Source: Stramenopiles sp. TOSAG23-3 (taxonomy: Eukaryota). Taken from it: 35,635 nt of DNA. The stretch lies in assembly GCA_900128585.1 (NCBI GenBank), contig LT642198.1, forward strand, positions 1 through 35,635. The letters are read 5' to 3'. Positions 1-13,200 of the stretch are shown here, piece by piece. The notes under the pieces are model-generated. The model worked only from the letters and a program-made list of their open reading frames with translations, searched no databases and was not told the origin of the DNA. The position numbers were made by a program, and so were the translations under genes. Each line of letters begins with the position of its first letter. Position 1 is the first letter of the stretch.

Positions 1-165
1 TTCAAGACGTTCCGCTGGCAGATTCGCATCTGCCAATCCATCCATCTCTGGCGGGCTGCTATGTAGCTGAAGCTTCCACCAGTGAGCGGGGTGGGGAACT
101 TTATTTCCGCGAGACGGTTTAGGAGGTCTTGGGCCCCATTCAGATATAAACTTAATTCTTGTACA
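1..165 (-). other. Possible coding segment running off the window start (unassigned)
   Basis: One minus-strand frame is open from about 188 to the window edge (...KFISEWGPRPPKPSRGNKVPHPAHWWKLQLHSSPPEMDGLADANLPAERLE) with coding-like GC content. No clear start codon or family. Confidence 0.25.
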
Positions 166-316
166 TAACTTCGGGCTTACTGAACACTAATCATACAGTA
201 AAAAATATTCTGTGAGAGTGGAGGTGTAGTATGGCATTTGTAATGATTGCCTCCCGTAAATAACACTCTATTTTGAGAACAACACGGTGCTCTGCTGCCT
301 TCTTCCTTCGCGGCAA

Positions 317-1459
317 TCACATCCCCCCCAAGGTGGCAGCGTCCCGTCCCTCCACCCCGATGTGTTCGTGAAAAAACTTCTTCCCACAACCCGCCATTCC
401 GCATTCGTAGACTTCTTCCCCTTCGTCTTCCTCACTATCGCTCGCCCGGGCGCTAGACGACGCGGCCAACCTAGACGTTGGTTTAAGCATTCCCGCTACT
501 TCCACCCAGTCGTCAAATTTCTGAATTATATCCCGAATACCCAACGACCCATCGCTAGTGAGCTCGTCCATGGACGACGTCTTGGCAACAATATTGCAGC
601 AGTCGATACAGACGATGCAGGGCAGGGACGCAATTCGAAAACTGGAAAGAAAACTACTTGACGGGGCTTCTAGGCGATAAAAAAGCGAGCCATGGACGAC
701 TCTCGCCATGGCGGTCATTCGGTCGTTTACTATTTTTGAAATAAAGTCTTTTGGCTCCAATGCTTCAAGGTCCCGTTCGGAGCGCTCAAAGAACGGTTGC
801 TGGTCGCTGACGACGAGGACTACCGCCCGCTGCGCCTTTTGAAGCACTTTCTGAACATCCGTTTCGTTAACTACGCGAAGTTCCGTCGCAGCCTGCTGCA
901 TTTCTATAAATTTTCGGCGTTCCAGGTCGTCTGCGGCAATGGAGTGCTTGAGTCTGGCCAAGCGTTGGTCTTTCAAATGCTCTAGGTTTTCTTCGAAGAC
1001 CGTGCTTGGCCCCTCGTCAAAACCATCCAGCATCGCGTCTAAATCACTATCCGTGTCGTCGTCCTCTTCGTCATCTGCGCGTTCTGAGTACAGCAGCGCC
1101 GACTTTTTCACCATGTCCTCCTCCGCATCGTAATCGTCAATGTCGTGCGTGCACCCGGCATCGCACTCTTTTGTGTGAACGTGGCCCGCTCTTGGCAAGT
1201 TGGCAACGACCCTTCGGCGTTCCATAGCAATTTTAGTGACGTCTACTTCCGACAAAGCTTCGTACATTTGCAAGGCTTTCGTCCTCATTTTCCCTTCCTT
1301 GACGCAGCAGGGATGCAACGCGTCGTAAGGATGCAGCTCTTCCTCCGCTTGCTCTCGCAGGCTCTGCAGGGGTGCTTCTGGAGCCCGCTGTTCGGATGTC
1401 TGGGGCGCTTGGCCATACGCACCGACCGACGGACTGGGCGAGGCCGTGGCAAAGTTCAT
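317..1459 (-). CDS. Phosducin-like / thioredoxin-fold protein with Cys/His-rich ends
   Basis: Intact ORF. The track start at 1471 is GTG; first ATG is 1459. An acidic 'DSDLDAMLD...RLARLK' helix precedes a thioredoxin-like fold (RAVVLVV...FRIASLPCIVCI), as in phosducin-family proteins. Also HPCC near the N-terminus and C-terminal CGMAGCGKKFFHEH. Confidence 0.65.
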   Translation of the reverse strand: MNFATASPSPSVGAYGQAPQTSEQRAPEAPLQSLREQAEEELHPYDALHPCCVKEGKMRTKALQMYEALSEVDVTKIAMERRRVVANLPRAGHVHTKECDAGCTHDIDDYDAEEDMVKKSALLYSERADDEEDDDTDSDLDAMLDGFDEGPSTVFEENLEHLKDQRLARLKHSIAADDLERRKFIEMQQAATELRVVNETDVQKVLQKAQRAVVLVVSDQQPFFERSERDLEALEPKDFISKIVNDRMTAMARVVHGSLFYRLEAPSSSFLSSFRIASLPCIVCIDCCNIVAKTSSMDELTSDGSLGIRDIIQKFDDWVEVAGMLKPTSRLAASSSARASDSEEDEGEEVYECGMAGCGKKFFHEHIGVEGRDAATLGGM

Positions 1460-1729
1460 TGGTGATTTCACGGGGAGCGCGCGAGCGGTTCAGCCACCAC
1501 AGTTGTTATGCTCGCTGTGTTTTTTCTGTTTTGCTTTTTTCGATCCTTCCCTTCGTGAAGTTCAATTATAGAATGTCTTTACACCGGCAAATTGGCCTGG
1601 TCTTCACACATTGTTGATGGTCTTTTGTTGACAGTTAACCTGTCAGACCATATCATTTGACCATTCAATTTCTTGCATAATTAATCCATGGTGGTGGTGG
1701 TCGGAAGGGCTTAAAACGTGATGAATTTT

Positions 1730-1880
1730 CTACTGTACTACTACCAAGTACGGAAAAAGTACCTGGTACCAGGTACAAACCAGGTACGTCCCTGTACCTG
1801 GAAAAAAGGTACGGGTACGGGTACACCAGGTATTATACCAATACCAGGTACTGTACGGGGAACCGAACCAGGTAGAAACC
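1730..1880. repeat. GTAC/CCWGG-rich palindromic cluster in a divergent spacer
   Basis: Dense GTAC, CCAGG and CCTGG words. Perfect 18-bp palindrome GTACCTGGTACCAGGTAC at 1759-1776. Confidence 0.75.
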
Positions 1881-1917
1881 GTGAACTGAACGAGTAGACG
1901 ACTAGGAAGCAACTGTA

Positions 1918-1987
1918 AGGAGGAGGAGGATGAAGAATGGAGAAGAGGAGGAGGAGGAAGAAGTTTGAGTGGATGATGAGGAGATGG
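1918..1987 (+). repeat. Purine-rich (GAG/GAA/GAT)n low-complexity tract
   Basis: aggaggaggaggatgaagaatggagaagaggaggaggaggaagaag... seen directly. Confidence 0.7.
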
Positions 1988-2472
1988 ATTTTACACAAGT
2001 ATGATACTAGTATACATTCAATATATAGGAATAAATACCTAGTTCTATATTTAAAAAAAAGAAGTATGATATTTACAAATAATTTATGTAACGGATTTTT
2101 TCATCCTTGTAGCGTGGAGCGTGGCCTCGGCCTCTATCCTATATAAACATTATGTTCATATTTATTATAATTAAATACTTTTGAGGCCGAGCAGAAAAAA
2201 TTACCAATATATAGCTTTATCATTACACAATTATTATTATTATTTACTACAGCGAACAGCGAGCAGCAACAACAGCAAATAAAAAACCAATTTTATTACA
2301 GCAATAATAATTATTATCTTTCTTCTATCTTATATTTCCCCCTCATTGAATAATATGTATAGAGGCGATTAATGAAACCAGCAGCACTTGGCTATCGAAT
2401 ACCAGCAATGCAAAACGTTGCGCAACGAGTGAAACAGGGCAAGGATCGCACGTTCACCCAAACGATTACACG

Positions 2473-3627
2473 ATGCCGCAAAAGCGACGAAAGAAAAAGG
2501 GATCATGGCGGGCGGATGGCACGGTCAAAGTAGACGCTAGTTATTGGAAAGGTGCCCTCCGCCCTCCAATGTCTATTCTAGGAGTGGATTCTCCGGGGCC
2601 CCAGAGGTACACCGCATCGGAGCCGTTTCGAAAATTGTCCAATTACAAGAGCTATGGCGCCGTAAAGATTGCGGAAGGCAATCCAAAATCGGACGTTGAC
2701 TGGAAAATTTATCAAGCCGCCGCTCTTCCCTCGTCTGCAGATTACAACCCGAATAACAGCGATTTTGATTGTACCAGCGGGGGACAATTTTCCACCGCGT
2801 TTGTTCCAAGCTCTTTAGACTGGGTCATACACCGAAGCCGCCAGATCCCTGGACCAGGCGACTACTACCCGAAAGACAGACGGAAAAATGTCTCCTTCAA
2901 AATCAGCGAAGCTCGCCCAAAGAGTGATGTGGAGTGGCGAATTTATAGAGCATCCTCAATCCCAGGGCCCGGAGAGTACGACTTGAACCCTAGCGGGTTT
3001 CGGCCGAACGGTGCCAGGCTGCTCGGTCGGGTGACCAGGGGAAACTACCAAACAACGTTGCCCAATGCGGTTGGTTATGTCCATAATACTATTAACCACA
3101 AAGGCCCCAACCAGTGCAGGGAGGAGGGTGCGATGGGCAGGCAATCTAATTCCGAAAAGAAGACAGGGGCCTCATTTTTTTTTGGAAGCAGAACCCGGCA
3201 AGACAGATACGACTACGAGCTCATGTGCGACGACGAGAAAGACTGGAGGATGAAGCAGCGTAAGAAGCTGGCTAGAAAGAAGCACAAAGAGGTTAATAGA
3301 AAACTAGAAGAACTAGGAGAGCGTAGCAGGCATTTCGGATGGGACCCGTTGGCCATGGACGGGAAACCGAGCAAAGATATGCGACAGTCTCGATCAACTC
3401 CGTCCATAATACTCTCGGAGCAGCACAAAACCCTCGTGGGCAATAGAAAAAAGCCTAGCTTTATTGGTAAGAAGAAATTCGCGTACAAAACCCAGAATCG
3501 TCAGGTAAATTTCTTATCACGTCCTAGATACGTGAAACGATTGCCGACGTTAAGCCAACACGCTGCACTCATGCGAATCATTGAACAGCATGGTAGCAAT
3601 GATATAAAACAGCATTATGGGTTGTAA
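2473..3627 (+). CDS. SHIPPO-1/ODF3-like (PGP-repeat) flagellar microtubule-associated protein
   Basis: 384-aa ATG ORF with repeated PGPGxY motifs (SPGPQRY, IPGPGDY, IPGPGEY) inside a longer repeat unit (PKSDVDWKIYQAAALP / SSLDWVIHRSRQIP / PKSDVEWRIYRASSIP). Confidence 0.8.
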   Translation: MPQKRRKKKGSWRADGTVKVDASYWKGALRPPMSILGVDSPGPQRYTASEPFRKLSNYKSYGAVKIAEGNPKSDVDWKIYQAAALPSSADYNPNNSDFDCTSGGQFSTAFVPSSLDWVIHRSRQIPGPGDYYPKDRRKNVSFKISEARPKSDVEWRIYRASSIPGPGEYDLNPSGFRPNGARLLGRVTRGNYQTTLPNAVGYVHNTINHKGPNQCREEGAMGRQSNSEKKTGASFFFGSRTRQDRYDYELMCDDEKDWRMKQRKKLARKKHKEVNRKLEELGERSRHFGWDPLAMDGKPSKDMRQSRSTPSIILSEQHKTLVGNRKKPSFIGKKKFAYKTQNRQVNFLSRPRYVKRLPTLSQHAALMRIIEQHGSNDIKQHYGL

Positions 3628-4211
3628 ATAATCCTCTGTATTTTTTTTCATCGGCTGCTGGATGAGCAGCCATTCCAGCTATTACTGTACTATTGCTAGT
3701 ACACTATTAATATATTCCAAAATGAATTTATTAAGTTGGATTCTTTGAACTTTATATACGTACAGCATTACAATTTTTTCTATTTCGAATTAAATTTTTT
3801 GAATTTGTCTTTTCAGTATACTACGAAGTATATTTTCCTATAAATAATATCCGGTACCTCCCGTACCAGGGGTACAGTTACCGCTACGGTTGGGTACGGG
3901 TTCCGTTGCCTTCTTCTTTTCTTGTACTTTTTGTCACCTTCTTCTTCTTTTTGAAAGTGACAGTAATATATATACTAGTTTCCTTCTTTATTTCAATTCC
4001 ATTACCTATTGATGGTATTTAATATTGTATTTACAGCAATCGCCTGGGCACGTGCCGAGTGAAACATTTTCGGGCAGAGCACGAAGTGGAATTAAGCTTG
4101 AGCTCGTCTCAAATCGAAATACCCGAACGCCCAGGAAAGTTACTAACAAGGCCCTGAAACAAGCGATAACAAAGCGTGGGAGGATTCATTAGACGCCTGG
4201 AGCACTTTAAA

Positions 4212-7200
4212 ATGTGGACGTCGCCCACAGCCAACAGCCCCAGTAGGCGCCGTAGGCAGAGTGGGAAATTGAACAATAGAAGGGTGCAAGCATACCAAGC
4301 GTCCCTAGATTTATCGTTACTCTGGAATGATCAGTACGTACAAACATCGTACGAACGACTTTATGCGCCCCCTTACCAACCGGACGCCCAGAAGCGCCGG
4401 AACGATTCGACGCCTTCCGAAAGTTCTCTTTTAGCTCGAGAAGCAATGCGTTCTCGCCCCGTCGGTGCCGGGAAGAAATATTCATCTGAGGCTCAACAAC
4501 CTTCAGATTTAGGGAATGGGGGCGAAGATAGACGGGCACTTGATAATGCCACTGATAACTTGATATCAAGCATGCTTATGGAAGGCCCCCCTCACTTCGA
4601 GGGCTCTACTTCATTTTTGGAACGGCAACTAGTTCTTGTTCAACGGGCCCATGAAAATTTGCTGGAGGAGTATCAGCCAAACTCGGGAAGTCTAACGCCA
4701 AGTCTTAAGCACGATCGAAAAAGTGACGCAGGTGGGACCATTGTTAGTGGAGGCAGCCTTAGCAGTTTGAATAATAAATTAGACGGTGAAGATTCAAACA
4801 TTTCTCAAATACCCAGCGTTGTTTCCTTGGAGATCAAGGATGAAGAAACGCCTTACCTACCGACCGATGGGATGGGCGGCGGCAGTTTGCAGGATCCTTC
4901 CTTAGACGAAGACGTGCCCATATCCGATGACGAGACCGAGGAAAAGGAGGCATCAAAAACAGATACAACCAGGGAAGAGGATGACCTTCTGATCACCAGA
5001 AACGAACTTCCAGGGGCGCCTCTGATTGAGAATTCGATAGAGGGAAGCCGGGCGGGCAGGGAGGCATCTTTGTCTGTAGAGTCTTCCACCATGCTATTTG
5101 GCAATAAAGACCAAAACACATACAACAGACGTGAAAATTACCTTAGAACGATCGTGCCTGGTCCCATGGATCATTTGCCGACAAACGCGCAAATTGGAAT
5201 TAGGCTTTTCTTCCGATTACTTCGCACCCTCCGCTTTGATGAAAACCCCCGTGTACTGAACAAAGTTGTGCAGCAGATTCCCCTCTTGTTGTCCAATATG
5301 CCTCCTTTAGCGTTGTCGGAGGGATTAGACTCGTTCGAAAATGTAAACATTGCGGGTGCAGATAGCAAGACTACTGTAGGCGTCGTTGGCCGGAGGAAAA
5401 AAACCAGCGAAGTTCAGAAGCGTCATGGTCGTGCAGAAAATGGGCGCAGCGAAAATCCCTGCACCAGTAATCTAGGAGTTGTGGATGCACTGAGTTTTGC
5501 GTTGGAAAATGCTATCATTGGATACAAGGCTGTGCCATCTGAGAAAAGGGACGAGTCTCAAAAAATCATGGACGGCATGCCAGACAGAAAAATACAGGCG
5601 CTTTCGTCTATAGTCGGGTTGGCTATCAAGCGGGGATCTTTAACGCACATCATGAAGTCTGTGATTCTCTTGTTGGACTCCTTGCGAGACGCTGCAGATA
5701 TCAAGGATCAAAAGCCTCCGCGAGATACGTGCCTTCCTGTGGAACAGTATTTGCAAGAACTTGCAAATGCCAATATTATGGAAATGGAAACGCCCATAGA
5801 ATTTGGTAATGCCAAAGGGAGATTGATGGCGTTCGGAAAAGGCGACCACGGTAAACTCGGTCTGGGAAAATGCACTCACAGCCACTGCACAGACGGAAAT
5901 TGCACGGAAAACAAGTCTACGCCGACGGTAATCGGCACATTAAAAGACGTTCGGGTTACATTGATTGATTCCCTTTCTACTCACTCCGTTGCCGTGACGG
6001 AAGATGGGTCGCTGTATACGTGGGGGAACGGGGACAAGCATCGCTTAGGCCATGGCACTACTGGAAAAGAGTACGCCCCGCGCCTTGTTATGTCACTGCG
6101 TGACAAGCCGGCAGTGGTTGATGTTGCATGTGGACTCGGCCACACCCTTGTCCTGCTGGTCACTGGCCAAGTGTACTCTTGGGGAAATGGCGGCAATGGT
6201 CGCCTTGGACACGGGGATACACAGGATCGAGCTACTGCATGTTTGGTCGGAGTTCTGGAAGGTATGAATGTTACGTCTTTGTATAGCGGCGCCTCTCATT
6301 CCCTGGCAATATCAGAAGAGGGCGCGTGCATTAGTTGGGGAAAGAACAATCAAGGGCAGTGCGGACATGGCAATATGACCGATCACCTGTTTCCGATGGT
6401 AATTGAATATTTTCAAGGAAAGGGGGATGTAATTTCTCAGGTTGCAGGTGGATGGGAGCACACGCTTGCATCTACGCGTGACGGTAGGATATTCAGTTTT
6501 GGTTCGGGGTACAAAGACAGTCGTCGTGCTGGTCTTCCACCTGTATTGGGGCACGGAGGAAATGAACACCAACTACTCCCTTGCCAAATTGTATCATTGA
6601 GCGAAGAGAATATCGTTCATATAGCATGCGGATGGGATCACTCATTGGCCGTTTCGACTGAGGGTTTACTGTACACCTGGGGAGCTGGAACGAACGGGAA
6701 ACTAGGGCATGGTGACGAGAGCGATCGTGCGATACCAACTTGTGTAGAAGCTGTAAGGGGCAAGATGATAGTGCAAGCGGAGGCTGGATGCGAGCATTCC
6801 GCGGCTGTCACTTCCGACGGCGAGCTTCTAACGTGGGGGCACGGAGATAGTGGGCGGCTTGGTCATGGTGAAAACAAATCAGAAAATAAGCCCCGTCGAG
6901 TAGTCTTTGAAAAAAACGAATCTCTTAGAGTAGTTTCGATAGCCGTAGGCGATAAATACAACATGATACTTGTGAAAGATGTTGATGAAAAAAACGTGCA
7001 AGACGGCCATGTGAATAAGGGTGAGGTAGAGGGTGATACCAATATGGCGAAATCTAGCTTAGCATGGGAGGCAGGGGCACACTCACCACCGGCATCGAAA
7101 TTCACAAAGAACCCTGGCGGCGTGACGAAAGCCGGTGCAGATATGACATCCGCTTGGATTTTAAATCGCAACTTGTTTTCAGTGGAACTGGAAGATGTTA

Positions 7201-10200
7201 GGATAGTCTCCGATCGCAAAGTCCCACTAATATCGGCGTACAAACTCCCCGTGTTAATCCTAGCACATTTGGAAAGACTGGCCCAACCCTTTCTTGGCAG
7301 CACGTATATAAATCGGGGCGATTGCGCTGCCGCAGTAAACAGTTCTTTTCGTGGGCCTAATAATGTGAATGTCGCGATGTCACTTGCAATAAAAAATCAA
7401 TTAGCCCAAAAGAAAATAGGAGCAAAAGAAGAGAGTTCATTAGTGGGTGGTGACGATGCCGACATAGTGCCAAAGTTTGCTTACTGTATAGAACCCAATG
7501 AAGAAGCCCTCGTCCTATTCCACGCCATATTGTTACGGTGCGTCCAGGAGAACACAAATGAAGACGTAGACAAAAATGACAATGCGGTGCACTTTTGCCG
7601 TTGGTGTGTGGTCTGGTGCACGTTACGACTGCTGAAAGCAAATTTGCAGCAGCTTTTGTCCTGGGCAATGGTAGATGAACCTGGACATATTTCCTTAGGG
7701 AATAAAGCCAGTGCAGAGTCCCCGGTTGGAAATAGACTGGGCATCAAGATGAGATCTGTATTTAAAATGATTCACACGCTGCTCTTACGCATTATCAAAG
7801 AACCGCTTCAGTTCTCTTACTACGCGGGATTAGGCTCGAAACCAGATTCTAAGGGCGGTGCCGGCAAGATTTCTGCGTCAGATTCGAGGGTGTTAATTGA
7901 ACGTGAGGCGGGGGATGTCGTGCGTGTGGGCTTTGACTTTTTTTATCCAACCCCTGCGTCTCGGAAACACGTTTTGGGCCAGTTCATGTCAGAGGAGAGG
8001 CCAAATATGATTTTATTAAACGCTATCATGGATCGGCTCTCCCAAAATTTTGTCGTGTCGAGGCTAATTCGCAGCGTGCTCCCTGCTTCTATGCCCGAAG
8101 GCAATGACACAAATGCTGCAACTGGAACGTTGGATCGCCAAGGTGTAAACGACTTGTTGCAAGATCTGCTTTCGCGTGCATCCAATGAAGTGATTGATCG
8201 ATTGCATGGGCAAGCGAAAAATCAACAAATGCATTCTGGATCGTATGGCACGAGATCTTTACCTTACACAAGGCTGCTGCTTGCTTTGCAGAACCACATT
8301 CTAGCCGCTTGGGGGCACATAATGAAAATCAAAGGCCCCAGTACATCACGAATATCAGGGGAAACGCACTCTTGCGTCCTGTCTCATGGTCATAGACTCT
8401 TGGAGAAAGCTGCGGAATGCTTGTGCGTATGTCTTACAGTACTATCGAAGGACCAATCTAAAGATGCGCTTGGGTCTGCACGAGAAGTTTTTCTAAATTC
8501 GTTTTTAGCTGCAATCCTTATGCCATTTATAGGCGCACTGTGCATTGTACCACCTCACCCGTCGGTGGCGACTTCATTGCTGCCACCTCTGCTAAAGCTG
8601 GTCAAAGCGGTTGATAGCGTTAATGCTTTAATGGGTTCGCAATTTAAAGGGTCCTGGATTATCGACCATGGTAATGTTAAGGCCGGGGCGGATGAAATTG
8701 TACCGTGGGAAGTACGTTTACACGCGATGTTGGCATGCTTTGCAGGGCAGCTTATTGCTGTCGTCACAAAAGGCACACCGCTAGCTCCTCGAGAAAAGGC
8801 ATTTAAGAGGTGGCTGTGCTCAAAATTATTGAGCGGTGGCCTCCTCTCCGAAACAGATGGGCGCAGCGATGCAAATATGGCAGAAGATGACCAAGGGGGG
8901 CATAACGATTTAGACGTGGTTATCAGTTGGCACAGGAGGGGTGTTTATTCGACTGGGAAATCTCCACAGGAAAATCTGGGAGAAGAATATGGGCGAGACA
9001 AATCCCAAGAATCATTTTTACGCAAACTTATTGACGGGGAAGGGGAACCACAGCAATTAGATTCATGGGTGCAAAATACTATTTTGGGACATTCCGCGCC
9101 CAACAGCCCTTCAATGGCTGCGAAGTCATCCCCCAAAAAAGATAGTGCCTGTCCTCCTGAACTAGCAGCAGGGAAAAATTCGCTGCGTGCACTGGTAGCG
9201 GTAATACTAAAATTCAACGGTTACGTTACCGAAGCTATGTCACAATCGCAAATATTGTGCATGTCTAGAGGTCGATTGGCAGCGAATGAAACCCCCTCTG
9301 ACACATTGGTTTATGTTTGGAGTACAGCATTGCGCCTTCAGCGACTGGTAGCGATGACTCAAGGGATTCCAGAATCACAAGGTGTTCAGCAAAGAGCTCG
9401 CGCGGCTGCTTTAGCAGCGACCGTAAACAATGTGTTACCTACATCACCAAGCGTTGCCAGAAGTGTTGTTCGAAACTGTTCGTTTTTGCTTCGCGTAAAC
9501 CCGGCGTTCCCTATCCAGCTTTTAGAGGAATCTGACCGGTCCAGACGTTACGATAGTGGTGAAACCATGGAATTCACGAAGGTTGACAAACAAGGACAAA
9601 TTATATCACTGGAAGAGGTGTTTGATTTCGTCTCACGGCCGCTTGATACCAGCCTTTTGTATTTTGAAATGGTCAAACGCAAACAGCGATCCCGTATTAG
9701 GGCGATTGGGCTGGATCTGACCCGGTACTTGTTGGGAATAATATCACCACAATTTGGTTATGTCCGTGCGCAAGCTATAGCCCAGGTGCCGTTTTCGATG
9801 ACGCGTTTTTCAAGGGAAGTCGCAAGCACCCCGCATGTCCCTAACGGGAATACATCACCCCAGCACAAAGATGCACCTATTAGTATTGGCAACGGGACTA
9901 AAGCTGACCAGATGGTTCCTCAAGCGTTTCATTATATGCTTGATTTACAAAGTTGTGGCGGCCACACTGCAAATTTTGTTCATTCTGCATTTGTGGAGTT
10001 GTACCAAGAATTAGCAAATTTATTAATCGACCAGAAATCGACACATTCCTTCAAGCTGGCTTTGCTGCATTCGTGGACGCTGAAATTACAATCTCCTGAT
10101 CACCTTCGCCACAGTCGATTCGTCGCGGTTGAAGCGGCGTCTCCTAAACACCAAAAGCGCACCGAAGAAAGCGAAGGACGGGATGCGTTTGGAGGAGGTT

Positions 10201-13200
10201 TATTGTTGGCATTGGCCGAGGATGGCGCACGCAACGAGCAAAATAAATCCATAGTTCACCTTTGCTCAAGGATCTTGTCTATTTTGGGGGAAATGTTATG
10301 CACGGAAGGAGACCTGTTGCTGAAGCAGAGTGAAGAATATGCACTAACTTCTAGCAGTGCTTTGCATCACTCGGCATGGCGTATATTCTTTTTACTAGGG
10401 ATACAACTTTGTACCTCTGATGAGGACTTACTGGGAAACGAAATGCATCGGAAGGACAGCCGAAGCCATCCGTTATACACAGTTCTCGTCGAAGAACTCG
10501 GACGAGTGCAAAATGTGTTATCTGAAATTTCAGACCTCGAATTAAACTTCGTCAAAGCGTCGCAACGAAGTGGACTCCGAGTAATTATGCCCGGTAAATT
10601 ATGGATGACAAGAGATCAACCCGGGACGGTCGTCCCAGATTCTGGTAGCCCAAAAGACCTTCAAAATGGAAGCTTTGCCTTGTCGTTCTGGATAAGGGTG
10701 CCGAAACGAAGGGATAATGAGGGCAGCAGCCATAGTGGGGGCAAGGTAACTCGCAGAGTCGTATGCATTCGTGCTCATGAAGTTGTTTCAAGCAAGGCGA
10801 GTTCTGAAAAGCAATTTTCCTATTATCCTGGAGTGTTTTTGGTGTATGACAATGAAATCGAGGGAAAGAAAACTACTCGTGCGCGGGTGGTCGTCGTTCT
10901 CACCACATCCGTTGACGGCAAATTAGTGCATAACTCGCTGGTTAGTCCGGTGCATTTACGAGTGGGAACATGGTCACACGTCGTATGCTCATATAATGAC
11001 TCAAAAGAAATACGCTTGTACCTAGACGGTCAGTTGGCAGGAAAATTGAAGACCGAAGGCATGTTGATATGGTCGGGATCGCGTCCGCTGCACATTGGGG
11101 CGCCTAAAATATCGGCATTTCCTGAGGCGGCAGAAGCCTCGAGCAAATGGGGGGCTGATTCTGGGTTTCTGGGATGGCTATCAGATTTGTGGTATCATGA
11201 TGAGGGCGTTGACCCCGATGACATTCCGTATTTGTCTAAGGTGCCTTCTCCGTCTGAAATTAGGTTGAAAAGTGATGCCGATAACTACTGTTACCGATTA
11301 GTAACAATGGCCCTTGAACTAGTTCGGACTCACAAAGGGCTTGCAGGATTGATAGAAAACGACAAGTGTGTAGCCGTAATGTTGAGCTTGTTACGATACT
11401 CATCCGGCAAGGTGCAGCGATCCATTTTACAGTTTCTCGAAGAAATACTTCCTCATATTTCTCCTCTTGGGGTGCATGTCCCACTGATGAATAGCATGGC
11501 AGGAAGTGGAATGGCGGCGGCAAAAGCAAACAGAGGGATTAATGGATTATGGACGTATTTTGCACATTTAGTAGGCGTTGCGTGGTTTTGTAACGAAAAC
11601 GGCTCACTTGAGCTTTCGGGGAGTGTTAACTCAGTCCTTGCACAATTTTTGCCTTCGTCATTAACGGCAGAAAAATATGTCTCATCGGACGCCGTAATGA
11701 ACGCACCCGGACGCACAGGAGCAATTGCCCAACGCCACATGACGATGTCAGATCGTTCTGCGCTTATATCCGGTATTGTGCGGCTACTTCGCCAATTACT
11801 ACAGTCGCCTCAGTGGTCAAAGCAATTATCTGATAGTCTAACGGAGTCATTATCAGGGCTCTCTGAGCACGTCCAAGATGTCTTGTTAGGGACCACTGAG
11901 AGGGTCGACAAAAGGTCGATTATGTGGGCAAAACACCGCACGCTCTTGGTAAACGGTGTCTGCGCAGTCTACGTATTGGGGGGACTGATAGAGCAGCCGC
12001 ACGTCGGAGCAAAAGTTTATTTTCCAACACCCCAGAACACCGCAATAGATTTTATTGGGTCTACTATATCGGGAGAATCTCAAGCTGTCGGTTTAGTGGT
12101 CCGCATCGACTGGAAAACGAGGTCGGCCATAGTTGTGGCGTGTAACTCGCTCAGAAGCGCTTCAGTTTCTGTCCCGCTGAATCTTTTGAAAGTGGTTTAC
12201 AAACAACATGATTTTATCGTTAATGATGACATTTTAACCCCATTAATATCGATGGCTAAAGTCTTTCTTGGGCTAACAAAAACAGGATCGGAAAATGTCT
12301 GTGATAGTGCAGATCACCATGCAAGTTTCAGCACACAATTACCGTGGGTAAATAGAGTAACCAATAAACCATCCGTGGGCATAGATGGTGAAATAGTTAC
12401 TGAAACCAATTCTGTGATGTGTCTCATTCGCGCCAGGTGCCTTTGCGCCCTCTCTGCGCTATGTGCGAACGCATCTTCGGCTAAGAGGATACTTGCTTCT
12501 GGTATGTTGCCATCACTCCTAAGAGTCGCGGTAAGCAACGTTTCCTCCGCCGCGGATGTTGTCTCTAGTCAGGGAGCAATGACACAGGCGCGTAAGGCGA
12601 AACAGAAGTCCTTGGGATTCTCCTTTCCAATAACAGATGCTGAAAGTAACTCCTCATCAAATGTTTACACAAGTGCGGCCAACTTATCTTCCAAATTGTC
12701 AATATGGGTAGGTGTCCCATCCCTGGAACAATTAGGGGAGGAGGCTTGGTCAAGGCTGCACTCTGCGCCCCCCCCGTTGCCTTCAAGCGATTTGAAGCGT
12801 CGGCCAAGAATAGATATACTCGGGGGTGAAATTGCGATTGAGCAGAAAAAATACAGAGCAGAAAGCACAAGCAATTTCCCCAGTATACGCTTAGGGAACA
12901 TATCACTGTTTCCCTTGCACAGCGTTGGAAACTTGGGCAGCCAAAACAATCTTATAGATTCATACCCACCGGGAGCTCTAGTCGGTGGTCGTTGGTACTA
13001 CGAAGCCGTCCTCTTATCGGATGGACTAATGCAAATTGGCTGGGCTGATGCTCTGTACAAGGGGGACCCTGAACGTGGACAAGGTGTTGGTGATCATCCA
13101 CACTCGTGGGCAATAGACGGTTACCGGTGTAAAAAATGGAATAGTTCCTCGGCTGATTATGGAGAAAGATGGCACGTCGCGGATGTAATTGGGTGTTCCA

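Noticed and set aside
16..35. 8-bp hairpin TGGCAGAT-tcgc-ATCTGCCA (and a 7-bp stem at 3653-3671)
   Set aside because: Short isolated stems are expected by chance and have no supporting context.
1730..1880. GTAC cores as CRR1/SBP copper-response elements
   Set aside because: SBP factors are known from the green lineage, the neighbouring genes are not copper-related, and nothing here indicates a green alga.
1730..2146. ORFs rich in PGT/VPG/WY and poly-R (similar ones at 21397-22143 and 25416-25811)
   Set aside because: Translations of GTACC clusters and microsatellites.
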